In this document: positions 18,686-27,920 of the stretch, piece by piece
Layout of the letters: each line of letters begins with the position of its first letter
Position numbering within the stretch: the first letter of the stretch is position 1
From: Ignavibacteriota bacterium
GTDB lineage: Bacteria > Bacteroidota > Ignavibacteria > UBA10030 > UBA6906
Length of the DNA: 64,000 bases
Reading direction: 5' to 3'
NCBI GenBank assembly: GCA_963837815.1
Contig: CAWIOS010000015.1
Coordinates: 2,774-66,773, forward strand
Notes under the pieces: generated by a model
Databases searched by the model: none
Seen by the model: the letters and a program-made list of their open reading frames with translations, nothing else
What the model was told of the DNA's origin: nothing
Program-made: the position numbers and the translations under genes

Positions 18686-18742
18686 TGTGTTTCTCCTTCG
18701 TAGAGAGGGTGGTTGGTGTTAGTGTGACGTATTATCGACAGA

Positions 18743-19690
18743 TCATCCGTGCGCGTGGCCGCCGTGCGCCTGCTCCGCCGCCTGGATGCCGAGCCCCATG
18801 AACAGGGACGTGAGCATGACGAATATGTAGGCCTGCAGAAACGCCACGAACAGCTCGAGGAAGTTAATCCCGACAACGAACGAGACGGGTCCGATGGCGA
18901 TGAAATACGACCCGAACACGAATATGAGTCCCAGCAGGGAGACGATGACGATGTGCCCCCCCAGCATGTTTGCAAAGAGACGCATGCAGAGCGCGAAGGG
19001 CTTCGTGAAGAGCCCCAGAATCTCGATCGGGATCATGATGGGCCAGAGCGACCAGTGCACCCCCCCGGTCAGGTGCGCAAGGAAGTGCCAGAACCCCTGG
19101 GCCCGTATCGCGGAGGCCTGGATCATGACGAACGCGATGATTGCGAGTCCGGCCGTGACGTTGATGTTTCCCGTCGCGGACGCGCCCCAGGGAATCAGGC
19201 CGAGCAGATTCATCACAAGGATGAAGAAGAATGTCGTCAGGAGGTACGGCATGTACCTGAGTCCCGCGCTCCCCATGTTCGGAATTGCAACTTCATCGCG
19301 AAGGAAGACAACAACCATCTCGAAGAGATTGCCGAACCCCGTTGGAACCGGGTTTTTCGAGTTTTTCCTGGCCACGGCGATCGCAACGACGCAGAGAATA
19401 AGCGCAGCACCCCAGAGGAAGACCACGTGCTTCGTGATGGAGAAATCCACGGCCATGCCGGCGACGTGCAGCGGCGGAAACTGCGGCAGCCCGATCTTGC
19501 CGAACGGCGTGTCGAGAACTCGGGAATCCTGCACGTGATGGAGAAGCTCCGTGAAGTCCACGGGCCCCCCTTCGCCGCCGTGCGGGGCACCGTGTTCCAC
19601 GGCCCCGCGCAGCGTGTCCGTCACCGCGCGGATCGTCTCACCGGCGGGAAGCGCCGTGTCCGCGGAAATCTGTACGTCAGGAATGTTCAC
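18743..19690 (-). CDS. atpB: F0F1 ATP synthase subunit a
   Basis: Conserved Arg helix LFANMLGGHIV, ...LELFVAFLQAYIFVMLT; N-terminal extension, so the true start may be internal. Confidence 0.93.
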   Translation of the reverse strand: MNIPDVQISADTALPAGETIRAVTDTLRGAVEHGAPHGGEGGPVDFTELLHHVQDSRVLDTPFGKIGLPQFPPLHVAGMAVDFSITKHVVFLWGAALILCVVAIAVARKNSKNPVPTGFGNLFEMVVVFLRDEVAIPNMGSAGLRYMPYLLTTFFFILVMNLLGLIPWGASATGNINVTAGLAIIAFVMIQASAIRAQGFWHFLAHLTGGVHWSLWPIMIPIEILGLFTKPFALCMRLFANMLGGHIVIVSLLGLIFVFGSYFIAIGPVSFVVGINFLELFVAFLQAYIFVMLTSLFMGLGIQAAEQAHGGHAHG

Positions 19691-19696
19691 CTTCCC

Positions 19697-20086
19697 TTAG
19701 CTCCGATTCTTGAATGTCATTCGTTGCTGAATGTACACGATCTCAAGCACCATGAACACCCCGTAAAAGCCCAGGAGCGACACGGTGAGCGCCACCGGCT
19801 GCATGCCCAGCACCATGATGAGGAGCGTAAACGCCCCGAGCATCAACAGGAGGCGCAGTCCCATCCCTCCGAGAACCGCCTTGAGGAAGGTCGTGTGCGA
19901 CTTATCGAACGAATACCTGATCGCACCGTAGCCGAGAATCACGTTGAGTGTGCTCAGGCCGGCCCCCGCTGCCACCGCGGCCCGGGTGCCGCCGGAAGCA
20001 AACGCGGTGAGCGGATACGCCAGGAGAACGAGCGCGCCCGCCAGGACGAGCGCTACCTGCGCGGGAAAATTACCTCTCAGATTCAC
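19697..20086 (-). CDS. atpI: ATP synthase protein I-like small membrane protein
   Basis: 129 aa with four predicted TM segments, directly upstream of atpB and overlapping the atpZ-like gene by 17 nt. Confidence 0.6.
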   Translation of the reverse strand: MNLRGNFPAQVALVLAGALVLLAYPLTAFASGGTRAAVAAGAGLSTLNVILGYGAIRYSFDKSHTTFLKAVLGGMGLRLLLMLGAFTLLIMVLGMQPVALTVSLLGFYGVFMVLEIVYIQQRMTFKNRS

Positions 20087-20351
20087 CGCCGGATCCCTTC
20101 TTTCGTTCCTTCGCGTCCCGGTCTTCTTCCTTTCCGAGAGCCAGCGCCGATTTCAGAAAGGCCGTGAGACCTCCCCCGATTCCCAGGGCGAGCCCGGCGA
20201 GCATCAGCCACGGATCGGTTCCGAATTTGCCGTCCAGCCACCGGCCGAGAAAGAAGAACACGACGACCGTTGCCGCAAGCTGGATCCCGATCGTGAGATA
20301 GGGTCCGTACAGCGGAGCCCGTTCCGGCGGACCGTCTGTGGGACCGTTCAT
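20070..20351 (-). CDS. AtpZ/AtpI-family small membrane protein (putative F0F1-ATPase accessory subunit)
   Basis: 93 aa with two TM segments and a ...FFFLGRWLDGKFGTDPWLMLAGLALGIGGG core typical of the AtpZ family; it is the first gene of the atp block. Confidence 0.6.
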   Translation of the reverse strand: MNGPTDGPPERAPLYGPYLTIGIQLAATVVVFFFLGRWLDGKFGTDPWLMLAGLALGIGGGLTAFLKSALALGKEEDRDAKERKKGSGGESER

Positions 20352-20355
20352 TGCG

Positions 20356-20730
20356 TCAGCGCGCTTCCCTCGGGGGAGAGGACGCGGTCTGCGTCCCCGT
20401 CATGGAACTCCGCCCGTCGAACACCGCCCCTTCGTCCACCACGAGGCGCGCGGTCCGGATGTCCCCCCTCATGACAGATTTTCCCTCGAGCACGAGTTTC
20501 TGGGCCGCGGTGAGCGTTCCCATCACCTTCCCTGCAACGGTGATGTTCCGCGCGTCGACCGACCCCTCGATGACGCCGTTCATCCCGACGGCGGCATCCG
20601 CCTGCGTGACGACGTTGCCGACGATCTTGCCGTCAACGCGGATGCTTCCCTCCGTCCGGATGTTCCCGGTGATCACGGTGTTGTTGCCGATGACGCTGAA
20701 TGTTCCCGCCACCTGGTTCTTGTCTGCCAT
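20356..20730 (-). CDS. Bactofilin (DUF583 polymer-forming cytoskeletal protein, CcmA/BacA-like)
   Basis: Trimmed to MADKNQVAGTFSVIGNNTVITGNIRTEGSIRVDGKIVGNVV... (right-handed beta-helix repeats) with an AAGGAG RBS 5 nt upstream. The stop is 4 nt before the atpZ-like start. Confidence 0.85.
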   Translation of the reverse strand: MADKNQVAGTFSVIGNNTVITGNIRTEGSIRVDGKIVGNVVTQADAAVGMNGVIEGSVDARNITVAGKVMGTLTAAQKLVLEGKSVMRGDIRTARLVVDEGAVFDGRSSMTGTQTASSPPREAR

Positions 20731-20758
20731 GCGTCTCCTTACGCTTCTCGAGAGAATG

Positions 20759-21676
20759 TCATTGCGCCCGGGAGGGAACCAGGAGGAAATCGTCCGGGTC
20801 CTGCGGAACCCCGTTCCGCCACACTTCGAAATGCAGGTGCTGTCCGGCGCTTGTCTTTCCCGTGGAACCAAGAAGCGCGATCGGCTCCCCCCGTTTGACT
20901 GCGTTCAATGTGTTCTTCAGGAGAGTCTGGTTGTGTTTGTAGACCGTCAGATACCCGCCGCCGTGTGCGATGATGAGCATGTTCCCGTCCTCGTACGTCC
21001 ACCCGGCAAACAGGACGACCCCGTCACCCGGCGCGTAGACCGGTGTCCCGCGCTGGGCCGCGATATCGATGCCGAAATGATTCCGCGAGGGATCAAACCC
21101 CTGCGTGACAAACCCCTCCACCGGGGTCAGAAGCGGGAATGCCGTGTGCGGTATTCCGGCGACCGTCACGACCGATGTATAGGACCCCGGATTCGTCTCT
21201 TCGTCCATGACCGGCTCGGCTCCCCCCGCCGATTCCAGTTTCTCTGCGTGCGTCAGTCCGCGGGGGGGAAGCCCCGACTCCTGCTGGCCGGCGGGAGGCG
21301 TTCTCGGAAGATTGCGGGCGGCGGAAGTATCACGCGGCGTGTCCTCGCCCAGCGCCTTCCGCACCTGTGAATTGTAATCGCGGACGACGACGACGTCTTC
21401 CGCCAGCGCGTTCAGCCGCTGCTGCATCTCCAGGATCTGCCTGCCGTATTTCTGTTCGAGACCCGGGTTGGGAATGGGAACATACAGCGCGACGGGCGTG
21501 TAGACAAGCACCGCCAGCGTCATCGCCACCGTCGCGCACACGCCGAGAAGGATCAGCGCCGCGAGCGTCAGGCGGCTGGTCCTGAACGTCCTCGTCTTTC
21601 CCCCTTCTTCGACGGGAACGACGATGACGTTGTACAGGCGCGGCGATTTACGTCGGCGGGTTCCCTCCTGGGGCAT
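20759..21676 (-). CDS. Bitopic membrane M23 (LytM-domain) metallopeptidase with a coiled-coil linker (LmdC/Csd1/EnvC-like)
   Basis: Trimmed to MPQEGTRRRKSPR... (cytoplasmic tail) with an AAGGAG RBS. TM LTLAALILLGVCATVAMTLAVLV, then coiled coil (LEMQQRLNALAED). The M23 core is GIDIAAQRGTPVYAPGDGVV...HLHFEV. Confidence 0.85.
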   Translation of the reverse strand: MPQEGTRRRKSPRLYNVIVVPVEEGGKTRTFRTSRLTLAALILLGVCATVAMTLAVLVYTPVALYVPIPNPGLEQKYGRQILEMQQRLNALAEDVVVVRDYNSQVRKALGEDTPRDTSAARNLPRTPPAGQQESGLPPRGLTHAEKLESAGGAEPVMDEETNPGSYTSVVTVAGIPHTAFPLLTPVEGFVTQGFDPSRNHFGIDIAAQRGTPVYAPGDGVVLFAGWTYEDGNMLIIAHGGGYLTVYKHNQTLLKNTLNAVKRGEPIALLGSTGKTSAGQHLHFEVWRNGVPQDPDDFLLVPSRAQ

Positions 21677-21755
21677 TCCGCTCCTTGAAAGTATTGGACC
21701 TAAAATATAGGCAAATCCCGCAGGAATGTCAACGCACCGCGGTGGTAACGCATTT

Positions 21756-22907
21756 TCAATCATGCACTTGGGGGAATTCGCGTGCGAACTCCTCCCAGCG
21801 GCGCACGCAGTACTCTTTCATCGCCTTTTTGTAAATATCCCTGTCGAACGTGAGCGCATGCGCCCTGATGCGCGCCGGTTCGAACCGGACGCGTTTGAGC
21901 TCCTCGAGCCCTGCAAGGAGCGCTCCGGCCGATTTTCCCTGAAAGAGTATCCCTGTCCTCAGATCCGGGCGGTCGATCACGGTCTCGAGCGCACCCCCGC
22001 GGGCGAACGCGAGCACCGGCTTCCCCGTCGCCATCGCCTCCACCGGAACGATGCCGAAATCCTCCTCACCGGGAAAAATGACCGCACGGCACCCTGCATA
22101 ATACTCCCTGAGTCGGTCGTCCGGCTGCCACCCCTCGAACCGGATGCTTGGCCCCGCGAGCTTCCTGAGGCGCGGCGCATCAGGCCCTTCTCCCACGATC
22201 ACGAGACGGTCTCCCGACCGGTTGAAGGCGTCGATCGCCACGTCGACGGCCTTGTACGGAACGAGTGCACTGACAATAAGGTAGTAGCCGTCGTCCCTCT
22301 CCGAGAGGGTGAAGAGGGATGTGTCCACGGGCGGGTAGATCATGTCCGCATCCCTTCCGTAGATCCCGCGGATCCGCGCGCGGACGTTTTCGGAGATCGC
22401 CACGAAGTGGCGGGGATGCGACGCCGTCGCAATGTCCCAGCGCCGGAGCGGACCAACGAACAGGCGCATTGCCCCGCGCGTGAGAAGGCCCGCGCGGTTC
22501 CTGCCGAAGTACTCGTCGTACTGGTCCCAGATGTACCTCATTGGCGTGTAACAGTAACATATGTGAAGTGCACGCGGAGGAACGCGAGCGCCCTTTGCGA
22601 CACAGTGGTTCGAACTGATGACGAGATCGTAGCCGCTGAGATCGAATTGCCGAACGGCCAGGGGGAACAGAGGAAGGTACCGGCGGTACTGTGTGGCGGC
22701 CGCAGGAAGATGCTGCACGAAAGAGGTCCGCACGATCGCCCGTTCGATGACGGGGGAAACAGATCCGGGAACGTGCAACAGGGCGAAGACGTCGGCATCC
22801 GGGAACACCTCGCACAGGGCTTCCACGCATTTCTCGCCTCCGCGCATCCCGGTGAACCACTCATGGACGATCGCGACGCGGCGTATCTGTCGCTGTGCTG
22901 GACTCAT
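21756..22907 (-). CDS. Glycosyltransferase family 4 (GT-B, group 1)
   Basis: N-terminal VAIVHEWFTGMRGGEKCV and C-terminal EDFGIVPVEAMATGKPVLA (E-x7-E region) typical of GT4. Confidence 0.85.
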   Translation of the reverse strand: MSPAQRQIRRVAIVHEWFTGMRGGEKCVEALCEVFPDADVFALLHVPGSVSPVIERAIVRTSFVQHLPAAATQYRRYLPLFPLAVRQFDLSGYDLVISSNHCVAKGARVPPRALHICYCYTPMRYIWDQYDEYFGRNRAGLLTRGAMRLFVGPLRRWDIATASHPRHFVAISENVRARIRGIYGRDADMIYPPVDTSLFTLSERDDGYYLIVSALVPYKAVDVAIDAFNRSGDRLVIVGEGPDAPRLRKLAGPSIRFEGWQPDDRLREYYAGCRAVIFPGEEDFGIVPVEAMATGKPVLAFARGGALETVIDRPDLRTGILFQGKSAGALLAGLEELKRVRFEPARIRAHALTFDRDIYKKAMKEYCVRRWEEFAREFPQVHD

Positions 22908-23017
22908 GCCCCTTTAATATACCCAGATCGGGCGGCAGAAGCAACCACCCGTTGATTCACTCGGCAGGGCTCTTTATATTGCAGAATGGACGCCTTCCGC
23001 AATATGTTCCCGCCGCC

Positions 23018-23944
23018 ATGACGATACTTTTCGTCGCAATCGTCTGGGTGATTGTTGCCATCGTCTTCGTTTCCGCGGTCCTTTTTGTCATCGGACCGGG
23101 AATGCTGCTCCAGCCCTACCGCCGGACGATCGAGTACTACCGGAGGTACACGACGGTGCTGCACCCTTCGGACATCGGCCTCCCGTACGAGGATGTGGCC
23201 CTCAAAACGCCGGAGGGGATCGGCCTGAGCTGCTGGCTCATCCGCGCGGAGGGGAAAGCGAAAGGAACGGTGGTCTATCTCCACGGGGTGAGCGAATGCA
23301 AGATCGTGGGTCTTCCGATGGCGCGCGAGCTCCACGATCTCGGCTACAACGTGTTCCTGTACGATTCGCGGCGGCACGGCGACAGCGGCGGGAAGTACTG
23401 CACGTACGGCTTCTACGAGAAACACGATGCCCGCGCCGTCATAAGCTACGTCACCGGGCGCACGGACATCAGCCCGGGGAGAATCGGCCTGTTCGGCACG
23501 TCGATGGGGGCAGCCGTCGCAATACAGGTCGCCTCGATCGACACCCGTGTTGTGGCGCTCATCGCCGAAAGCGGATTTGCGACGCTCAGGACGATATTCG
23601 ATGACTATCAAAAACGAATGATCAAACTCCCCTGGCATTACCTGCGGAACATCGTCATCAAGCGCTCGGAGCAACTCGCCCACTTCAAGGCCAACGCAGT
23701 CTCCCCTCTCGAGGCCGTGCGCGAGGTGCACGTACCTGTCTTCATCATGCACGGCACCGCCGACACGCTCATAGATTCGCGGTACTCGGAGATGGTGTTC
23801 GCAGCCGCCAACGAGCCGAAGAAGCTCTGGCTTATCGCAGGGGCCAGGCACAACGACATGGACCGTGTGGGGGGAGAGGAATACCGCCGGCGCGTCCTGG
23901 AGTTCTTCGTGCGCAACCTCTCGGGTCAGAGCGGGAACCAGTAG
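23018..23944 (+). CDS. Alpha/beta hydrolase with an N-terminal membrane anchor
   Basis: Trimmed to MTILFVAIVWVIVAIVFV... (TM). Nucleophile elbow GTSMGA, plus YDSRRHGDSGG and MHGTADTLID elements of the abhydrolase fold. Confidence 0.75.
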   Translation: MTILFVAIVWVIVAIVFVSAVLFVIGPGMLLQPYRRTIEYYRRYTTVLHPSDIGLPYEDVALKTPEGIGLSCWLIRAEGKAKGTVVYLHGVSECKIVGLPMARELHDLGYNVFLYDSRRHGDSGGKYCTYGFYEKHDARAVISYVTGRTDISPGRIGLFGTSMGAAVAIQVASIDTRVVALIAESGFATLRTIFDDYQKRMIKLPWHYLRNIVIKRSEQLAHFKANAVSPLEAVREVHVPVFIMHGTADTLIDSRYSEMVFAAANEPKKLWLIAGARHNDMDRVGGEEYRRRVLEFFVRNLSGQSGNQ

Positions 23945-26403
23945 CTGATCTTCAGAACCAGGACGTCCTCGTGCGGGAGCGCGAATGTGTCCCGGAACCT
24001 CGGGCCGAACCCGCTCCAGTAGTCCCCGCTGTCGCCGAACCTCCCCTGCGTCCAAACAAGGTAGAGCGTGCTTCCCGGGATGTATTCCCACCGCAGAAGA
24101 ACGTTCGCGTTGAGTATCGCCTCGTTGAAGTCGGCGCTGACGTACGCCGGGTTTGAAGGGTAATCGTACGGAACTGGCGTCCCGCCTGCAAACCGCCGGT
24201 AGTTCCTGTATATCCCCCGCGCGAGAAGTATCTGCCCGAAACACTGGAGCGAGATGTTCCTCGTGAATGTGACTGTCCCCGTCAGTTCCAGGTCCAGCTC
24301 ATCGACATCCCTGTCTGCGTAGACGCTGAACGGGAGGGGAGAGACCGTCGTGTCCGTCACGTTTCCCCCCGGATAGACCCAGGCTTCGTCGTGGCGCGAC
24401 CGGACCCAGAGGACCGTGGGGTCAAGCTCCGCCCACGACGCCGGCTTGAGACTCAGGCCGAGCGATCCCGTCACGGACCTTTTCCCCTTCTCGTTGAACG
24501 CGTAGATCCCGGTGAGCGTCGCAAACACATTCGCCCTCGGATCCGTCTGGATCTGCCCGGTGAACGCATGCCCCGGGGGGCGTCTGTACGTCCCGATGAT
24601 TCCGCGTTCCTCGTCGTCGTAGGCGGGAAAGTATGCGTCGTACACGATCGTCGGCTTCCAGAAGTTCAGCAGCTCCCCGTAAAAAGTCAGCTCGGCGGTG
24701 GACGTCGTCAGGACGTGATCCCAGTTCCACCGGGTGGCGGGAACGAGCGATATGCCGTACCTGCGGAATATGCCGGTCCCGAAGTTTTCCCGGTACAGGA
24801 GTTGAGCGTAATCGCCGTAGTCATGGGGCTGTGCGAAGAACCCTATGTCGTTGCTGTTGAAATAGCGCGTGTAGAAATCGAACGAGCCTGTGTAAAACAG
24901 GTGTTCTGCGGCGATGCGGGAGAAGAGGAGCCGCCCGGCCGTCCCATCACTCCCGGAAGTCCCGTCGGTGAGAACCCGGGGCTCGGATGCGTGCGCACCG
25001 GCGACATACCCGTCCAGCGTGTAGGCGCTTCCGCCGAAGTGGACGTTCCAGTCGAGCCCTCCGCTGTAGGCCGGGTCGAGGCCGTCACGCGCGGCCACCG
25101 TCCCTATCCCGCCGAGCCATGACCCTCCGTCGAATTCCTGCTTGGCGCGCATCACGCTGTATGAGCCACGCGGCTCGGTGCGCATGCGCGTTTTGGCTCC
25201 CGTGGAATCGACGGTGACCGCGTCCATTTCATCTGTCGTCGCCGTGAGCGCTCCCAGCGAGAACCCGCCGTCCGTCCGTCCCGAGACTTTTGCCGCGCCG
25301 AGTATCGTCGTGACCTGCGGGTTGTCGTCGATCGAACCCCCGGGGGGGGCGGTGACGTACGGACTCAGCGTCGGCTGCTTGCCGATGCGGCGGGAGAAGA
25401 AGAGCGACAGGGGGGTGTTGTCAACGCTCGAGCCAAACGTGAACATCTGTGCCCCTTCGACAAAAAACGGACGCTTCTCCGGAAACCGGGTTTCGAACAC
25501 GGTAAGGTTGAGGACGGACTGGTCGACTTCCACCTGCCCGAAATCAGGGTTCACCGATGCATCGAGCGTGAAATTCCTGGCAAGCCCGAATTTGATATCG
25601 ACGCCCGCCTGTCCCCTGTACGCCTTCGACCAGGGATGAGCGTCTGTTGCAGTTTCGTACTGGGCTGTCCCGGAAACGTACGGGAGAAGCTCCAGATGCA
25701 GCGGCGGAGCAATCCCCCTGATGCCGTCGACTGTCCCCCACTTGGAAATCTGGAGTGTTTCGCTCCGGGGGACCATGACCCACTCATCGGTCTCCTTCTT
25801 CCGGCTGATGTACCGCCGGAAATTGATCCCCCAGCGGTAGATGCCGTCGGGCTGCTGGGCGAACCGGAGGGCATTGTACGGTATTTCAAACTCTGCGGAC
25901 CAGCCGTCCTGGAACACACGCGTGCGGACGTTCCAGACTGCGTCCCATGTGATGTCATACACGTTCCCGTCCTGTGAGAGGACCCCGTCGCTCTGAACCC
26001 CCGAGACATTGGTGACGAACACGAACGCCGTCTGGCGGTCGTGGTAGGAATCGATCATGACGCTGAATCTGTCCGCTTCCGAGGAGCGGTCCCTCCGCGT
26101 GAGCTGGCGGACGATCTTCTGCGGGTGGGCATCGTAACAGATCACGCCGACGTACAATGCGCGGTCATCGTACAGTACCCTGACAGAGGTGACTTCCGTG
26201 GGGAGGGCCCCTTCTTCGGGGTCAAACTGCGTAAAATCGAGGACAGGAGAGGCCTGCTGCCACTGCGCGTCGTTGACCCACCCGTCAATGACGGGAGGAG
26301 AATCGACACGCACCGCGTGGATCACCTTCGATGTGTCCGAGGCGAACACCGGAATTGTGAGCACACATGCCAATATCAACAGCGTGAGAGATGTCCTCGC
26401 CAT
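23926..26403 (-). CDS. Large secreted/outer-membrane protein with an N-terminal CBM9/DOMON-like domain and a DUF5916-like C-terminal beta-rich region
   Basis: Signal peptide MARTSLTLLILACVLTIPVFA. N-terminal ...VDSPPVIDGWVNDAQWQQASPV...VRVLYDDRALYVGVICYD matches the CBM9-like module of DUF5916 proteins. 825 aa, Gly/Tyr/Asp-rich. Converges on, and overlaps by 19 nt, the 3' end of the hydrolase gene. Confidence 0.6.
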   Translation of the reverse strand: MARTSLTLLILACVLTIPVFASDTSKVIHAVRVDSPPVIDGWVNDAQWQQASPVLDFTQFDPEEGALPTEVTSVRVLYDDRALYVGVICYDAHPQKIVRQLTRRDRSSEADRFSVMIDSYHDRQTAFVFVTNVSGVQSDGVLSQDGNVYDITWDAVWNVRTRVFQDGWSAEFEIPYNALRFAQQPDGIYRWGINFRRYISRKKETDEWVMVPRSETLQISKWGTVDGIRGIAPPLHLELLPYVSGTAQYETATDAHPWSKAYRGQAGVDIKFGLARNFTLDASVNPDFGQVEVDQSVLNLTVFETRFPEKRPFFVEGAQMFTFGSSVDNTPLSLFFSRRIGKQPTLSPYVTAPPGGSIDDNPQVTTILGAAKVSGRTDGGFSLGALTATTDEMDAVTVDSTGAKTRMRTEPRGSYSVMRAKQEFDGGSWLGGIGTVAARDGLDPAYSGGLDWNVHFGGSAYTLDGYVAGAHASEPRVLTDGTSGSDGTAGRLLFSRIAAEHLFYTGSFDFYTRYFNSNDIGFFAQPHDYGDYAQLLYRENFGTGIFRRYGISLVPATRWNWDHVLTTSTAELTFYGELLNFWKPTIVYDAYFPAYDDEERGIIGTYRRPPGHAFTGQIQTDPRANVFATLTGIYAFNEKGKRSVTGSLGLSLKPASWAELDPTVLWVRSRHDEAWVYPGGNVTDTTVSPLPFSVYADRDVDELDLELTGTVTFTRNISLQCFGQILLARGIYRNYRRFAGGTPVPYDYPSNPAYVSADFNEAILNANVLLRWEYIPGSTLYLVWTQGRFGDSGDYWSGFGPRFRDTFALPHEDVLVLKISYWFPL

Positions 26404-26489
26404 ACGTGGGTAGTATCCAAAGAGCGTGACGGGGGACGATGAAGGGGGGACTTTTACAAGCTATGTGTTCCTTCGCAGAAAATCAATGC

Positions 26490-27920
26490 TTATTGGAAAG
26501 AATTGATGAGGCCGACGACGTTTTCTATGTGCTGCGTGTGAGGAAACATGTCAACGGGCTGAATCGACTCTATTGAATACCTTCCCGATTGACATATTAT
26601 TTTCAAATCTCTTGCCTGCGTTGATGGATTGCAGCTCACGTAGACGATTGTGCGGGGGGCAAGCGAAACGATTTCCCGGGCGACCTTTTCGTGCATCCCG
26701 GCGCGGGGAGGGTCAACGATGACGACGTCCGGCGGGGGAAGAGGCTCTTTCGCCCGGCGCGAAGCAAGGAGCGTTTCTTTGAGATCTCCCAGGAGGAAGA
26801 CGCAGTTCAGCACACCGTTGGACTCCGCGTTCTTCCGTGCATCCTCCACCGCCTGGGGAACGGATTCGATGCCAACAACGCGCGCCGCCCCCGCGGCGAC
26901 ATGAAGAGCAATGGTTCCGGTGCCGGAGTAGAGATCGTACACAACGTCCTCCGGGCGCAGGTGCGCAAAGTGGAGCGCGGTATCGTACAGGCGCTCGGCC
27001 TGATCGGTGTTGGTCTGAAAAAAGGAATTCGCTGATATCCTGTACGTCCTCTCCCCGATCTTCTCCGCTATCGTCCCCGTTCCGTGATAGACCCTCTCAC
27101 GTTCGCCGACGGCCACTTGGGATCTCCGCTCCGTGATGTTGTTCACGATCGTGGTGAGCGAAGGGAATTCCGCAAGCAGGCGCTCCGTGAGCGCGGACAT
27201 GACGTCGGGCCTGTCGTCTCTCGTGACAAGATTGACCATCCTCTCCCCGGTCCTTTTTGACTCGCGGATGACGAGGTTTCTCAGGTAGCCACTCTGTGTG
27301 ACGGTGGAGAAGACGGGAATGTTGCCGCCGGTGCAGAAATCCCTGACGAGATTCACGATGCGCACGCTTGCCTCCGACTGGAGCCAGCATTCGTGGAGGT
27401 CGAGTACGCGGTCGTAGCGCCCGGGAAGGTGAAGCCCGAGCGCGGGGTCGTTCACGCCTCCCCCCCCTGGCCTCACCGCCGGGAGCAGCATCATCTCCGC
27501 GTCCGTCAACCATCTCTCGCCGAACGAGAATTCCATCTTGTTCCTGTAGAACCAGGGATCCGCCATCGCAAGCGGCGGCGGGACTGTGACGGAAGTGAAC
27601 CCGCCGAGGCGCCCGAGAGCATCGGCGACGTGACGGCGTTTGAATTCGATCTGCGAATCGTAGCCGATGTTCTGCCACGTGCATCCGCCGCACGTGCCGA
27701 AATACCTGCACCGCGGCTCCGCCCGCTGCGGGGAGGGGGATTCGATCGCGATGAGATCGGCTTCCGCGAAGCTCCGTTTGACGCTCCGGATGCGCACGCG
27801 CACGGTGTCGCCCGGGACGCCGCCGCGGATGAAGACCACGAACCCGCCGACCCGCGCGACGCTTTTCCCCTCCACGGCCAGGTCTTCTATGCATCCCTCG
27901 AATTCGTCTCCCCGCTTCAT
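26490..27920 (-). CDS. rlmD: 23S rRNA (uracil-5-)-methyltransferase RlmD/RumA family (TRAM + 4Fe-4S + SAM MTase)
   Basis: TRAM domain N-terminus, cluster cysteines CRYFGTCGGCTWQ, SAM motif DLYSGTGTIAL, catalytic ...VSCNPST... Confidence 0.9.
   Translation of the reverse strand: MKRGDEFEGCIEDLAVEGKSVARVGGFVVFIRGGVPGDTVRVRIRSVKRSFAEADLIAIESPSPQRAEPRCRYFGTCGGCTWQNIGYDSQIEFKRRHVADALGRLGGFTSVTVPPPLAMADPWFYRNKMEFSFGERWLTDAEMMLLPAVRPGGGGVNDPALGLHLPGRYDRVLDLHECWLQSEASVRIVNLVRDFCTGGNIPVFSTVTQSGYLRNLVIRESKRTGERMVNLVTRDDRPDVMSALTERLLAEFPSLTTIVNNITERRSQVAVGERERVYHGTGTIAEKIGERTYRISANSFFQTNTDQAERLYDTALHFAHLRPEDVVYDLYSGTGTIALHVAAGAARVVGIESVPQAVEDARKNAESNGVLNCVFLLGDLKETLLASRRAKEPLPPPDVVIVDPPRAGMHEKVAREIVSLAPRTIVYVSCNPSTQARDLKIICQSGRYSIESIQPVDMFPHTQHIENVVGLINSFQ

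Noticed and set aside
14945-20351. N-type (Na+) ATPase operon interpretation because beta/epsilon are missing and atpZ/atpI-like genes lead the operon
   Set aside because: N-ATPase operons begin with atpD-atpC and lack delta. Here a clear delta (atpH) is present and the order is classical F-type I-B-E-F-H-A-G, so this is a split F-type operon.
20759-21763. Longer N-terminal extensions for the M23 peptidase, bactofilin, ffh, rplS, eno, adk, rlmN and ileS as listed in the ORF track
   Set aside because: In each case the family-conserved N-terminus begins at an internal ATG preceded by a good RBS (AAGGAG / GGAGAA), and the extra residues are non-homologous. The features were trimmed accordingly.
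26404-26640. GC drop across the 3' end of rlmD and its downstream spacer as a sign of a mobile-element junction
   Set aside because: No integrase, transposase, tRNA or direct repeats flank it. The ORF stays intact and family-typical through this region.
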